Shown: one piece after another, positions 30,979 to 41,071 of the stretch
Numbering within the stretch: the first letter of the stretch is position 1
Layout: each line of letters starts with the position of its first letter
Assembly (NCBI GenBank): GCA_964106645.2
Contig: CAXKZF020000136.1
Origin: Podarcis pityusensis
Lineage: Eukaryota
DNA: 53,303 nt
Direction: 5' to 3' (one strand)
The notes under the pieces: model-generated
Told to the model about the DNA's origin: nothing
The model's database searches: none
Seen by the model: the letters and a program-made list of their open reading frames with translations, nothing else
Translations under genes and position numbers: made by a program

Positions 30979-32574
30979 ATGTCCTCGCCCGATGAACCAG
31001 CCTTTCCGCTAACTTGGCCACCACTTCCAGGTCCATTCGCAGTCATTAGAGGGCAAGGAATCAATGCCAGCGAGCGCGACCTGGCCAAGTTAGCTGAGCG
31101 CACGTTTTTGAGTACCTGGAGCTATCCTAATGTCTGGCGAGACCAAAAGTTCTCCGGCGGTCGCGGCGGGGATGGCAAAGAACTGTGCGACATGCTTATC
31201 GTCTTCGACGAGCACGTTATTATCTTTAGTGATAAGGACGTTGCCTACAAACAGCACGCGAACCCGAAGGTCGCGTGGCGACGTTGGTATAAGGCAGCTG
31301 TCAAAAAGTCGGCAGATCAGGTGTACGGCGCAGAGCGCTGGCTGCGGGAGTACCCTGATCACCTCTTTTTAGACAAAAGTTGTACCCAGCCCTTTCCTAT
31401 ACCGTTACCCTCTTGTAAGCGAATGAAAGTCCACCGTGTCGTCGTGGCGCACGGCGCAGGGAAGGCCTGCACTCAACACTTTGGCAGCGGCAGCGGTAGC
31501 CTCATGCTTATACCCGCGATTATTGGAGACGATCACCTTCTAGCCGATCCTCCTTGTGACGCTCAAACAATAGGACGTGTTCCACCTCCTATTGCGCCTT
31601 TTATGATCGGGCAGATCGATCCAACGCGGGGATATGTCCATGTTCTAGATGACGTTACTTTTAAAATACTTTTAGAGACTCTCGACACCATCACGGATTT
31701 TGTTGAGTATCTAGAGCGTAAGGAGCACTTCATCACCTCGGGGAACCTTATCTCAGCCGCGGGGGAAGAAGATTTGCTCGCCCACTACCTGCGTGATGTA
31801 GGGCAAGATGGTTATAATGATTTTGTCCTCCCAAACCCGAATTGTTTTCTTTCAGTTGGAGAAGGGCTTTGGGAAGAGTTCGAGCAGCACCCGCAACGCC
31901 GCGCTCAACTTGTAGCGAATAAGATCAGCTACTTCTGGGACGACCTAATCGAACACTTCAATTATCACATTCTCAACGACAGTCAATACTACAAAACTGG
32001 TTCAGGTGTGGCGCACGCGGAACCTTTAGTTCGGTTTTTAGCCCGTGAGCCCCGCACTCGCCGCCGTTTCCTCTCTGAGTCCTTTCTTAGCCTCTTCCAT
32101 AAGCTTAAGAGTGAACCGTGGAAAGTACGTGTCATGTTGCCGTCGCAAGCTGGGGACCCGTACTACCTCTTTATGGTTATGCGAAAGCTCGAGGGCGTTA
32201 GCGATAAGGAATACCGCGAGGGCCGCCGCCACGTTCTAGGTGAGTACATGAGTATATTGAAGATCGTCTTCCCGGAGGCGCTCGACATTGTCGGAATCGC
32301 TATTGGGAATGCAGACGACACAGCATCCGAAGATCTTCAGTATTTGGACGCGCGCTTATGGACTAAGAAGGATCAACGCGAGGCAGAAGCGCTACAGCGC
32401 GAAACAGGGTTTTTGACCGACCTGAGGCGCAATGAAACGATCATCAAAACCTACCCGGACCTGCCACCTAGCCGCAAAACCGCTCATAGAATCTCTAAAG
32501 GTAGCGCGCGGAACAAGCCTTGCCTCTGCGGAAGCGGTCGCAAATACAAACATTGTCACGGACAATTGAAATGA
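30979..32574 (+). CDS. NERD/PD-(D/E)XK-like nuclease with C-terminal SEC-C motif
   Basis: ELCDMLIVFDEHVIIFSDK; RNKPCLCGSGRKYKHCHG. Confidence 0.75.
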   Translation: MSSPDEPAFPLTWPPLPGPFAVIRGQGINASERDLAKLAERTFLSTWSYPNVWRDQKFSGGRGGDGKELCDMLIVFDEHVIIFSDKDVAYKQHANPKVAWRRWYKAAVKKSADQVYGAERWLREYPDHLFLDKSCTQPFPIPLPSCKRMKVHRVVVAHGAGKACTQHFGSGSGSLMLIPAIIGDDHLLADPPCDAQTIGRVPPPIAPFMIGQIDPTRGYVHVLDDVTFKILLETLDTITDFVEYLERKEHFITSGNLISAAGEEDLLAHYLRDVGQDGYNDFVLPNPNCFLSVGEGLWEEFEQHPQRRAQLVANKISYFWDDLIEHFNYHILNDSQYYKTGSGVAHAEPLVRFLAREPRTRRRFLSESFLSLFHKLKSEPWKVRVMLPSQAGDPYYLFMVMRKLEGVSDKEYREGRRHVLGEYMSILKIVFPEALDIVGIAIGNADDTASEDLQYLDARLWTKKDQREAEALQRETGFLTDLRRNETIIKTYPDLPPSRKTAHRISKGSARNKPCLCGSGRKYKHCHGQLK

Positions 32575-32665
32575 TGAAGTACACTCGGTTTGAGCGCACA
32601 GATGATCATCGTGACAGGGCATGCAGAAAGGCTCAATGAATTTCCGTCAGTCCCTGTCCTTTTTT

Positions 32666-34112
32666 AGCTTGTGATTTAACCCGTTGGAGTCACTTACCGC
32701 TGCTCAATGGGTAGTTGATCGAGGTGTTTAGCGTTGTTGGCACGCCTAGATCGTGCTAGGAAGCGGGTTGCTCTGCCAGAAACGCTACCCTTGGGGCGTC
32801 CCGGTGACGTGCCGCAGGGTTTTGGCAGGGACGCCGGTGTACCAAGGACTGGCAGTAGTTCAATAAACCCTCGCCTGACCCTGCTTGGCGTCATTCGCTG
32901 CGGCTCCTGAGGGCGCTGCCAGGGCAACTTCACGTCCTCCACAATGCCCCTGGCAAGTCTGAGCTGAGTGAAAGCGAGCAGAACCAGCCAGGACCACAAG
33001 TCAGCCTGCTCAGGATACCTGAGGCGAGGTATCTGCCAGTTCAGCGTTGTCTTGAAGAATCTAAAGGTGTGCTCGAGATCGAATCTTCGAACGTAAGCCC
33101 GCCAGAGAAAGGCCAGATCGGGTTGCCCAGGACCTCGCCACCATAACCAGAAGGCTCTGGGCTTGCGAGTTTCTCTGGGCAGCTTGGAGACCTCGAGCAG
33201 CACGAGCGTTCCTCGGATAACAGGCTTGGTCTTGCGGGTGCCGCGTCTAGGATGATTTTGAACACGTGCATGCAAGTTGCGCCAAGCACGAACACGCACA
33301 AGGCCATAGCCCTCATCATCTTCGGCGTGTTCAAGATCAGGGAATGGCCAGGTAGAAGGGTCATTGCAAACGAACTTAGCGCCGTGGCTAAGAGGTCTAT
33401 CAACTGCCGCTCGTTGTTTGTCCATCGGCTCAGCGTAGAAGCAGCGGTTCCGGCGTAGTCGAACGAGCACCGCAGCCTCGGCTTCATCGACCTGCTCTGC
33501 TAGACGAGTAGGGTCGTAGCCAGCGTCAAAGGCGAAAAGTGGCCTAATGCCTGCTGGCAGCAAGGCCACGACGGCGCGCATCTGCCGCCCGGCAATCTCG
33601 TGAGCATCGACCTCGATCGGGATTCGGCTCACGTCCACCGGTGCTGTCCAACTGCTGCTGAAGCTGCCGAGTTGGGCGCACCACGAATAGCTCCAGCCTG
33701 CCACTACCGGCTTACCTGCCGAGTGACGGCTCGTGTGATAGTAAACGCCGCGTTCGGGGCTGGTCTCGGCGTCACTACGACTATAGGTGCTGGTGTCGAT
33801 GGCGTACACGGGCCGGTTCTCTTTCGGGATGGTGCTCGCAACCAGCTTCCGAATACCTTCGGTATCCATTCGACCCTTTGCCAGGGCTGTGTAAAGACTG
33901 CCGTGTCCCCGCTGATGAGCGGCTTGTAGGCTCAGGTAAGCGAAACTCGGCACCAACCCGGCGCTCAGCGCGCCATCGATAACGTCGCAGAGCGCGTCTG
34001 CCCGGTGAGAACAAAGTTCATGGATGCCCTGCCTAAAATTCCGTAGCTGTTTGAGCGCTGAAAGCTCCATCTATTACGCTACTACCCTGGTCAAACAGTT
34101 AAATCACAAGCT
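32666..34112 (-). mobile_element. IS element (IS701-like DDE)
   Basis: 15-bp perfect TIRs AGCTTGTGATTTAAC / GTTAAATCACAAGCT; TTAG at both ends. Confidence 0.88.
32694..34070 (-). CDS. DDE transposase (IS701-like)
   Basis: YAIDTS, FDAGYD, YVRRFDLEHTFRFFK. Confidence 0.92.
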   Translation of the reverse strand: MELSALKQLRNFRQGIHELCSHRADALCDVIDGALSAGLVPSFAYLSLQAAHQRGHGSLYTALAKGRMDTEGIRKLVASTIPKENRPVYAIDTSTYSRSDAETSPERGVYYHTSRHSAGKPVVAGWSYSWCAQLGSFSSSWTAPVDVSRIPIEVDAHEIAGRQMRAVVALLPAGIRPLFAFDAGYDPTRLAEQVDEAEAAVLVRLRRNRCFYAEPMDKQRAAVDRPLSHGAKFVCNDPSTWPFPDLEHAEDDEGYGLVRVRAWRNLHARVQNHPRRGTRKTKPVIRGTLVLLEVSKLPRETRKPRAFWLWWRGPGQPDLAFLWRAYVRRFDLEHTFRFFKTTLNWQIPRLRYPEQADLWSWLVLLAFTQLRLARGIVEDVKLPWQRPQEPQRMTPSRVRRGFIELLPVLGTPASLPKPCGTSPGRPKGSVSGRATRFLARSRRANNAKHLDQLPIEQR

Positions 34113-34668
34113 TAGATTTTTAATATCACATGTCCGACTACCTCGTAGACGGTCTTTCAATCGCTAAGAAAACCTAAGGTTTGGTGAGTAATCTCTGTAG
34201 ATCAAGCCACTAAATGTCAAACACGTCAGGATCTAGGCGATAGACACGTCCTTTTTAATAAAGAGCCGTTTTTGCCTCCCATCCGTTTTCTTAGACGCTT
34301 ATGCAGCCGCTTCTCGAGCCTTCTCGAGGTTTTCCTGAGCCACTTGAGCGCATCGCTAGCAGTGAATTCTTTGTACATACTCATTAGGCTATCTGCGTGG
34401 TCAGACGCAGCATAGGATTCGCTGAGCGGTTTACTCTGGTCATAGACAAGATTTCACGTTACCACTCATTCCTAAAATATTCACTTTGGAGGGGCTGCAA
34501 GATGTCAAATTCTTAGCAGCCGGAGACTTCACTGTGGAGTTTTTCGTCTACGACAACGTAACTTACTTCATATGATAGCAAAGGCTTGAACGTAGCCAAC
34601 AGTAATGCGACTTGGGACGTAAGAGTTTTGTCAGACCCATATCGTTAGCCTAAATTTGGAGGAGAGCG

Positions 34669-35118
34669 ATGCGACGACACAAAGCCGGGTTTACTTTGAT
34701 CGAGATGCTCGTCGTCATTGCAGTGATTGCTATTGTTGCTGGGATATCCGTCTACAATATCCGTAACATCCTACGCGCCGAACAGGTGCGCGGCGCTTCT
34801 ACAGCCTTTCAGCAGATGCTCTGGCAAGGCGGCACGAGCGCGTCGGCTCGGCTAGAGCCAGTCATTTTGTCTTTCAGCAACAACGCTTTCTTACTGCGGG
34901 CGCAGGATAGCGGCACGGTGATACGGCGCGAGCCTTTACCTGCAGCAGTTACGACGACCTTTCCGAGCAACAAAACGCTTACCTTCCTTCCAGCTGGCAG
35001 GCTCAGTGCGGCAAGCTACAGCGGGATTAATAAACCCGTGCAGATCCGCAATTCGTCTATCACCTACTCTCTGTTTTTTACTGTCATTGGAGAGAGCAAA
35101 TTCGAGGTGTCGCGTTGA
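34669..35118 (+). CDS. Type IV minor pilin (FimT/GspH-like)
   Basis: G|FTLIEMLVVIAV prepilin motif. Confidence 0.92.
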   Translation: MRRHKAGFTLIEMLVVIAVIAIVAGISVYNIRNILRAEQVRGASTAFQQMLWQGGTSASARLEPVILSFSNNAFLLRAQDSGTVIRREPLPAAVTTTFPSNKTLTFLPAGRLSAASYSGINKPVQIRNSSITYSLFFTVIGESKFEVSR

Positions 35119-35576
35119 GGTCCACTGACGGCTTGACCCTCATCGAGGTGCTGGCGGCTATGGCAATTTTGGGTATCATCATCGCCGTCTTCAGTTCCTC
35201 TTTTATGAGCAGCATGAGCGTCACGCGGGCTATGGGCAACCAAACGGATGCCAACACGGTCCTTACCTTTTTTGGTCGTATGGCCTCAGGCGGGGCGGGA
35301 CGTTCGCTGGGGTTTTCGCCTACAGCTGGTTCATTAAGCTACGAATACGGGGAGTTGGAGGCATCGTTTCCGGAACTCGCCTCAGCCGACGCCCACGTCA
35401 AAGACGCCAACCTCTACCAGGTCAGCATCACCTCACCTGGGACGATTGACGTTGGGATTGTGCGGCTCTATCAGTACGACATCGAGGTGTGTTGGCAAGA
35501 CCGAAACCAGGACAGGTGTATTAGTGGCCTCACGGCTGGCCCTCTCGGCTCGCCGGCGGGCGGAGTCGTGAACTAG
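35115..35576 (+). CDS. Type IV minor pilin (PilV-like)
   Basis: G|LTLIEVLAAMAI; C-terminal Cys pair. Confidence 0.92.
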   Translation: MRSTDGLTLIEVLAAMAILGIIIAVFSSSFMSSMSVTRAMGNQTDANTVLTFFGRMASGGAGRSLGFSPTAGSLSYEYGELEASFPELASADAHVKDANLYQVSITSPGTIDVGIVRLYQYDIEVCWQDRNQDRCISGLTAGPLGSPAGGVVN

Positions 35577-35577
35577 C

Positions 35578-36453
35578 ATGCGGCGCAGCCAAGGTGTCAC
35601 CCTGCTCGAACTGCTTGTCGCAATGGCGATCCTTGGGACAGTGCTAAGCCTCTCCTTGAGCACGGTCGTCTCCGGAACGCGGGGTCAGCGGCTCAATGAA
35701 GCCAGCGTCGCCACTCAAGCGAAACTTCGGCGCGTGCTCGAGGTTGTCTCGCAAGACATTCGCGGTTCGGTGTTCGGGACGGTCAGCAACGAGCCCTACA
35801 GCAACACCTCAAGCTCGTTTTCCCTCTCCCTTATTGCTGGGGGAGCGGGGTATTCCGTGCTGCAACAGGGCACGAGTCTGACAGTGAACGCGGGCACCCT
35901 CCAGTTTGTCAGCGACGGGACGCCCAACCTTGGAGGCGCAACGCTGCTCCTAAACTATGAAGGAATCGGTGCAATCTTTACGGTTTCTAACGTGGCAAGA
36001 AGCTCTGGCGTAGACAACACCTATCAGATCACGATGCGTTTGTGTGGTGCTATTAACTACACCGACAACTTGCTCCTGTACCGCATTTCAACAATTGGGT
36101 ATTCATACGACCCTGCCTCACGCACGATCTTCTACCGGGCTGCCGGAACCGATACGCCTCAGCCGTTTGCTTACGACATCGACGCGTTTAACGTGAGCTA
36201 TATCTACGTGAATCAAACTACGGGAGCGGTGCTCGAGCGCACCACCCCTCAGGTAAGCAACGGCATCCCTCAGAAACGCTACGAAATCACGGTTGCAGGG
36301 GCACAGCAAGTCCTTGTGCTGAAACAACTCAAACTTCGTATCAGTTCAACTCAACAGGTGGGAAACCGCTCGCTGACACGCAGCTTTCAGACGACGGTAG
36401 ATCTCGGCTATTCGCAAGCTCTAAACGTTAAGGAGATCCGCGCGTGCAGCTAA
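35578..36453 (+). CDS. Type IV minor pilin (PilW-like)
   Basis: G|VTLLELLVAMAI, VSQDIR. Confidence 0.92.
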   Translation: MRRSQGVTLLELLVAMAILGTVLSLSLSTVVSGTRGQRLNEASVATQAKLRRVLEVVSQDIRGSVFGTVSNEPYSNTSSSFSLSLIAGGAGYSVLQQGTSLTVNAGTLQFVSDGTPNLGGATLLLNYEGIGAIFTVSNVARSSGVDNTYQITMRLCGAINYTDNLLLYRISTIGYSYDPASRTIFYRAAGTDTPQPFAYDIDAFNVSYIYVNQTTGAVLERTTPQVSNGIPQKRYEITVAGAQQVLVLKQLKLRISSTQQVGNRSLTRSFQTTVDLGYSQALNVKEIRACS

Positions 36454-38438
36454 AGGGTCGAGAACAAGGGGTGGCTTTAGTCGCAGCCATCCTCACGATG
36501 CTCGTAGTTGCGGGAATCCTCACCCTCATCTTTGCCCGCACACTTAATGAGGTGAGGTCGGTACGCGATAGCAGTGAGACGACGCGCACCCTGCTCTTAG
36601 CCCGTGGCGCAGCCAATGTGGGCATCGCAATGCTCAATGACGCTATCAAAGCGCAAATCGATGCGGTTGTCACGGACAATTCGTCGAGCACAAGCCGCTG
36701 GGCTTTCGACCCGAGTTCTTCTACAAGTAAACGACCTAACGCCGTGAACGTGGCACGGAACCTACGGCTTGACATTTCCGAAGACCTGCAAGGCGACGTC
36801 GATGATCTAGTTTGTGATTACACCAACTTCGGTTCCCTGCGGGGCTCGGTGTCTCTCCGCATCTACTTCACACCCTCTGCCTGCGGACGCACCTTGCCCA
36901 ACACGGTTTCGCTGCCAACGGGTCGCTACTACAGTGGTGAGGGGCGTGACCCCACTGCGGTCGGCAAACAAGCCTACGCGATCCCATTTGTGCTTGTCGC
37001 AGAAGGTACGGAAAGCGACTACAAGCGCAACGTCGTGATCCAGGGTGAGTACGTGTTCGAAATCGGTCGCAGCTCCTTTGCCCGGTATGCGTACTTCACC
37101 AACTTAGAAAGAGCAGCGGACGGTGACTTGCTCTACTTTAACGATCAGACGATGATCGACGGGCCGGTGCATACCAACGGAACCTTTGCATTCGCTTACG
37201 ACCCTTGGTTTGGCGGCGTGGTGACGAGTGCAGGCTGTGCCACCTCTAATTCGACCAACACCGCCTGCGCGGTCACGCCTCGCCCCGGCGCGAACTTTAA
37301 CGAACGCTACTGCACCATATTCGGATGTGGTACCCGCGAAAGATTTGTAGACCGGGTAAACATGTCCCCCAACGATCAAACACCTTCGTATGGAGGCAAC
37401 GCACCGGTATTCCAGGAAGGAGTAAGTTGGGACGCCCGCTACATTCCCTTGCCGGAAAACAGCAACGACCAGAAAAAGATTGCTGCAGGCACAAATCCTG
37501 ATAACACGACGCGAACCGATAAAGGAATTACCTTTACGAGTTCGCAAACGTCTATGAAGCTGAGAACTGTTAATGAGAGCGGACAAGCGCCGACGCGAAA
37601 CGCGAGCGGGGACTGGACGCCACCGGCAACCCATCAGATTGTGACGGGATGTACAGCGACCTCGTGCCGCGTGTACCGGATCAGTGAGACGACGACCGGT
37701 GGGGTGAAGTCGATGCGGCTCTCGACCTGCACCCGTACCAGCTTAGACGCTGAAGCGCGCTGCCTCAACGAATTCAACCAATCAAGCCGCTGGACTGCTT
37801 CAGCTGACCCTTTCAACGGGGTCATCTACACGGAAGGCAATATCGACCGGTTGGCTGGACCAGCACGCACAGCAGCAGATAATAGCGCAACCGCAGCCCC
37901 GGCCATCGCCTCCTTCGCGCAACTCACCATAACCGCGCCGGGTCGAATCCGGCTGACCAGCGACCTCAAATACGAAGATCGGCCTGTCGAAGGCAATCCC
38001 CAGCGCAACAGCGACAGGAGTGTGACGCCAACGACGTACAACAATCCCGACGCTAAAAACGTTCTTGGGGTCTACAGCTCAGAAAATGACGTTATCGTGG
38101 GGAACCAGAACCTTTTGGACAGCACCCTGAACGCGCCAAAAAACGTGTCTGTCGACGCGGTCCTGATGTCAGCAAAAGGTTCCGTGGCGGTCGAGAACTA
38201 CTCAACGGGCACCCCTCAAGGTAGTTTTTACCTGCTTGGGGGCATGATTCAAAACCGGCGTGGGGCGTTCGGGGTCTTTTCTGGGCAGAATAACCTCAGA
38301 TCGGGCTTCAACCGCGTCTATACCTACGACAGACGGTTGAAAGACGGCCTGTCACCCCCGCACTTTCCCACAACAGGTCTGGATTCGGTGAACTGGGTCC
38401 GTGCTACTGCATATGGTCAGCGCGAGCAAGTCTACTGA
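36444..38438 (+). CDS. comZ: ComZ-like / PilX-N-terminal pilus-tip protein
   Basis: G|VALVAAIL pilin-like N-terminus lacking E5; FARYAYFTN, DGPVHTNG, LLGGMIQ..YDRRL..PPHFP; last gene after three minor pilins as in Thermus pilA1-3-comZ. Confidence 0.75.
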   Translation: MQLKGREQGVALVAAILTMLVVAGILTLIFARTLNEVRSVRDSSETTRTLLLARGAANVGIAMLNDAIKAQIDAVVTDNSSSTSRWAFDPSSSTSKRPNAVNVARNLRLDISEDLQGDVDDLVCDYTNFGSLRGSVSLRIYFTPSACGRTLPNTVSLPTGRYYSGEGRDPTAVGKQAYAIPFVLVAEGTESDYKRNVVIQGEYVFEIGRSSFARYAYFTNLERAADGDLLYFNDQTMIDGPVHTNGTFAFAYDPWFGGVVTSAGCATSNSTNTACAVTPRPGANFNERYCTIFGCGTRERFVDRVNMSPNDQTPSYGGNAPVFQEGVSWDARYIPLPENSNDQKKIAAGTNPDNTTRTDKGITFTSSQTSMKLRTVNESGQAPTRNASGDWTPPATHQIVTGCTATSCRVYRISETTTGGVKSMRLSTCTRTSLDAEARCLNEFNQSSRWTASADPFNGVIYTEGNIDRLAGPARTAADNSATAAPAIASFAQLTITAPGRIRLTSDLKYEDRPVEGNPQRNSDRSVTPTTYNNPDAKNVLGVYSSENDVIVGNQNLLDSTLNAPKNVSVDAVLMSAKGSVAVENYSTGTPQGSFYLLGGMIQNRRGAFGVFSGQNNLRSGFNRVYTYDRRLKDGLSPPHFPTTGLDSVNWVRATAYGQREQVY

Positions 38439-38448
38439 TCGCCAAGGA

Positions 38449-38736
38449 TCAAGGTAGGACGAAGACCAAAATTAGAAAAGGTAAGGATAAGGCGATGAAG
38501 GTATAGACCAGAATCTTCATCGCCCTGCCTTCTGACTTACCTACCGCATGAAGGAGAGAGGCAATTACGAGGGCTATGCCTCCCAAGAAACACCAAACGT
38601 AGCTGATGACGCTCGAGGTACCACGAATCAAATCGAAGTTGGCTAGGCTGGCGTATATCAGGCCTACGCCGCTCAAGAATAAGGCCAAACCGATAAAGCG
38701 ATTCTGAAAGGTGGTTGTGCCGGACATACCTTTCAA
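38449..38736 (-). CDS. Small membrane protein
   Basis: Three hydrophobic segments. Confidence 0.55.
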   Translation of the reverse strand: MKGMSGTTTFQNRFIGLALFLSGVGLIYASLANFDLIRGTSSVISYVWCFLGGIALVIASLLHAVGKSEGRAMKILVYTFIALSLPFLILVFVLP

Positions 38737-39513
38737 GCTATAGCTAAACCAGGAGCATGTCTAAAGATAGTTCACTTTTGCTGACAAGCTAGAGTTTGCC
38801 TTGGCCTATAATTGTGGTTCTCCCGCGTAAACCGCGCTCGGGAGAAATATTTTGACCAATCAACGGTCGAACTGCCAGTAATGCCCTCATCCAGGCGGTC
38901 GCGCCGCCTGGTGGGGGCGCTATAATAGGCAGCGAACCGCCAAAATGCAAGAAGCCGACTTTCTCCTCTTCCAGACGGTCCCCAGAGGAACCTTGCCTAA
39001 CCCCTGAGAGTTCTGCCTGTTCGAGTAAAAGATCTGAGAGACACTGCCTTATGTTGTCTTTCATAGTTCCTCAAAAGTTGATTAAGCCCTTGAAAAGGCT
39101 AGAAGTTGGTTGTGCCGAGGTGTTCAATGAATGCTCAAGGTGAAAGGATCGAGGTTTCCCTAATTATCCTAAAAATGTCCTAGCTCGAGCGGTTCCCGGT
39201 CGCCTGTTATAAGCGCGTCCGCGTTTCCTTCACACACTAGGGCAAAAAGAAAGCGATCAACTTCTCCGGTGCCTCGGGTTAAGGTTCAGCTATGGAAATA
39301 CGCAGGCCACCACAGCGCAGATTTTGGGCAAACACTTGAACAGCCCCTGGCGTTTCGTAACAACTGATAAGGTTGGGGGAGCATCAACCGCCTTGAGCTC
39401 GACCAAGGCGGTCTCTTGGGGTCAGTCAATAGGATGTTGGCACTATCAGAAAGGGATTAAGCTGCTGCTTGCTAGGCGCGACAAGCCTGTAGAATGATAA
39501 TTTTCCTTTGGGA

Positions 39514-39975
39514 TTAGCTTTGTATTGAGGCCATTTTGTAAAGTCCTGGAGCGTTGACCGGATGCTTAATGACCTCTAGTTGGTTAAGTACGACAAGCCT
39601 TTGTAGCGCCTCAGCTGAAGGCCGATGCGAGATGCCCAATAGGCCCTCGAGCTGTCTTACCGACACCTCCACCTCGTCGTGAGGGCGGAGGTACAGGTAC
39701 ACGAGCTTGGTCGTGGGATTCTCCTCGAGCAGCACTTCAGGCAAGGGAGAGGGTACAGTATGCTCGGCTGCACCACTCGTGCCCATCTTCTTATCATCCT
39801 CGAGCCCCAGCGCTCGAAGTCGTGCAAGCGAGAGCGATACCGCCCCCTGAGAGATACCGAGCGCCTGCGCGATCTCCCGCTGTGAGAGCGAGGTCTCCCC
39901 TGTCGGCCCAAGCCATAGATAAAGCAGTTTGACAGTCACCGGCTCGGCCTTAAGCGCGTCATCAAGTGGAATCAA
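39514..39975 (-). CDS. Tandem winged-HTH protein
   Basis: Two internal repeats (KLLYLWLGP..SQREIAQALGIS / KLVYLYLRP..SVRQLEGLLGIS). Confidence 0.75.
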   Translation of the reverse strand: MIPLDDALKAEPVTVKLLYLWLGPTGETSLSQREIAQALGISQGAVSLSLARLRALGLEDDKKMGTSGAAEHTVPSPLPEVLLEENPTTKLVYLYLRPHDEVEVSVRQLEGLLGISHRPSAEALQRLVVLNQLEVIKHPVNAPGLYKMASIQS

Positions 39976-40011
39976 AGGGGCACACTGACTAATGAGTTAT
40001 CTCCTTGTCCT

Positions 40012-40057
40012 CTCCTGGATGAGCTGTTGTGCCTAGGCACAACAGCTCATCCAGGAG
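40012..40057. repeat. Perfect 46-bp palindrome
   Basis: CTCCTGGATGAGCTGTTGTGCCT|AGGCACAACAGCTCATCCAGGAG. Confidence 0.95.
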
Positions 40058-40127
40058 CTTCAGAGGGTTTCAGTCGTCTTCTGGCATAACGTTTCAGCAT
40101 TTTCGAGCCAGGGAAGGGGTTTATATT

Positions 40128-41071
40128 AGACTCTATCCATAAAAAGCCAGATCATGGAGGATGTGGGCACAGGCAAGTTGAACAAGAGCGAGCCAGTTGT
40201 GCAGAGACTTCGACCAACGGGTCTTGATACTTCTACGCTTGCAAAGCCACGATAAGGTACGCTCGACAACGAGAGCGCCTAGCAGGGAAGGTTGTTTCAC
40301 CCAGTCCAGGCACAACGGGTTCAGGTTGCTTAGGGTGTTTAGCCCGCCGGGGATTGCACTTAATGTGTGGCGTATAGCCTTCTAGAACAGCAAACTCACG
40401 GATATCGACGGCGTCATAAGCTTTATCAGCACACAAGTGTTGTTGGGTTTGAGGTCGCTCGATGATGACTGAAACGATGAGCTTTACAGCTGCTGTCTTG
40501 TCATGGCGGTTTGCTGCGGTAACGACAACAGCCAAAGGTGCACCGCGTTTATCCACCAGCACATGCAGTTTACTACCCAGCTTGCCTCGATCAGTGGGGT
40601 TACGCCCCGTACCCTCACCTCCGAGCGGAGCGGGACAACTCTTGCTGTCTAGTGCTTGCCAGCGCCACTTGATCCGGCGCTTTTTACCGTAGACCTTCGC
40701 GAGCTCGGTCATGACCTTCTCGAAGACCCCGAGACGCTGCCACCTTTGAAAGCGAGCATGTATCGTGCTGGCGCAAACGCCAAACCAATCGCGGTGCAAT
40801 GCTTTCCATTGACAGCCTGTCCAAAGCACGTACCAGATGGCGTTGGCAACAGCCCGCTCACAAGCGCGTGGACGCCCACGACCTCGTACTTTGCTGAGTT
40901 TGGGTAGGCATTTCTTTAGCTTTCGCCATAATCGTCGAGGAAGGTGGAAATAGTTGGTTCTTGAGCTGCTAGACTTTGCCAAGGCGCATCTCCAAAAAGG
41001 AATCTCAATCCCTCCATTTTCGGACTTGCGCCCTCCCTTTTAAACTCTTCCCCATTTTTTGGACAGGCTCT
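40128..41071 (-). mobile_element. IS5-family element
   Basis: Imperfect TIRs AGACTCTATCCATAAAA / TTTTTTGGACAGGCTCT enclosing an IS5 transposase. Confidence 0.75.
40133..40982 (-). pseudogene. IS5-family transposase, frameshifted near the C-terminus
   Basis: YVLWTGCQW, DSKS, GSKLHVLVD, ADKAYD; the VVERTLSWL motif lies in another frame. Confidence 0.85.

Noticed and set aside
30979-32574. SecA translocase
   Set aside because: Only the C-terminal SEC-C motif is shared; no helicase-like ATPase motifs
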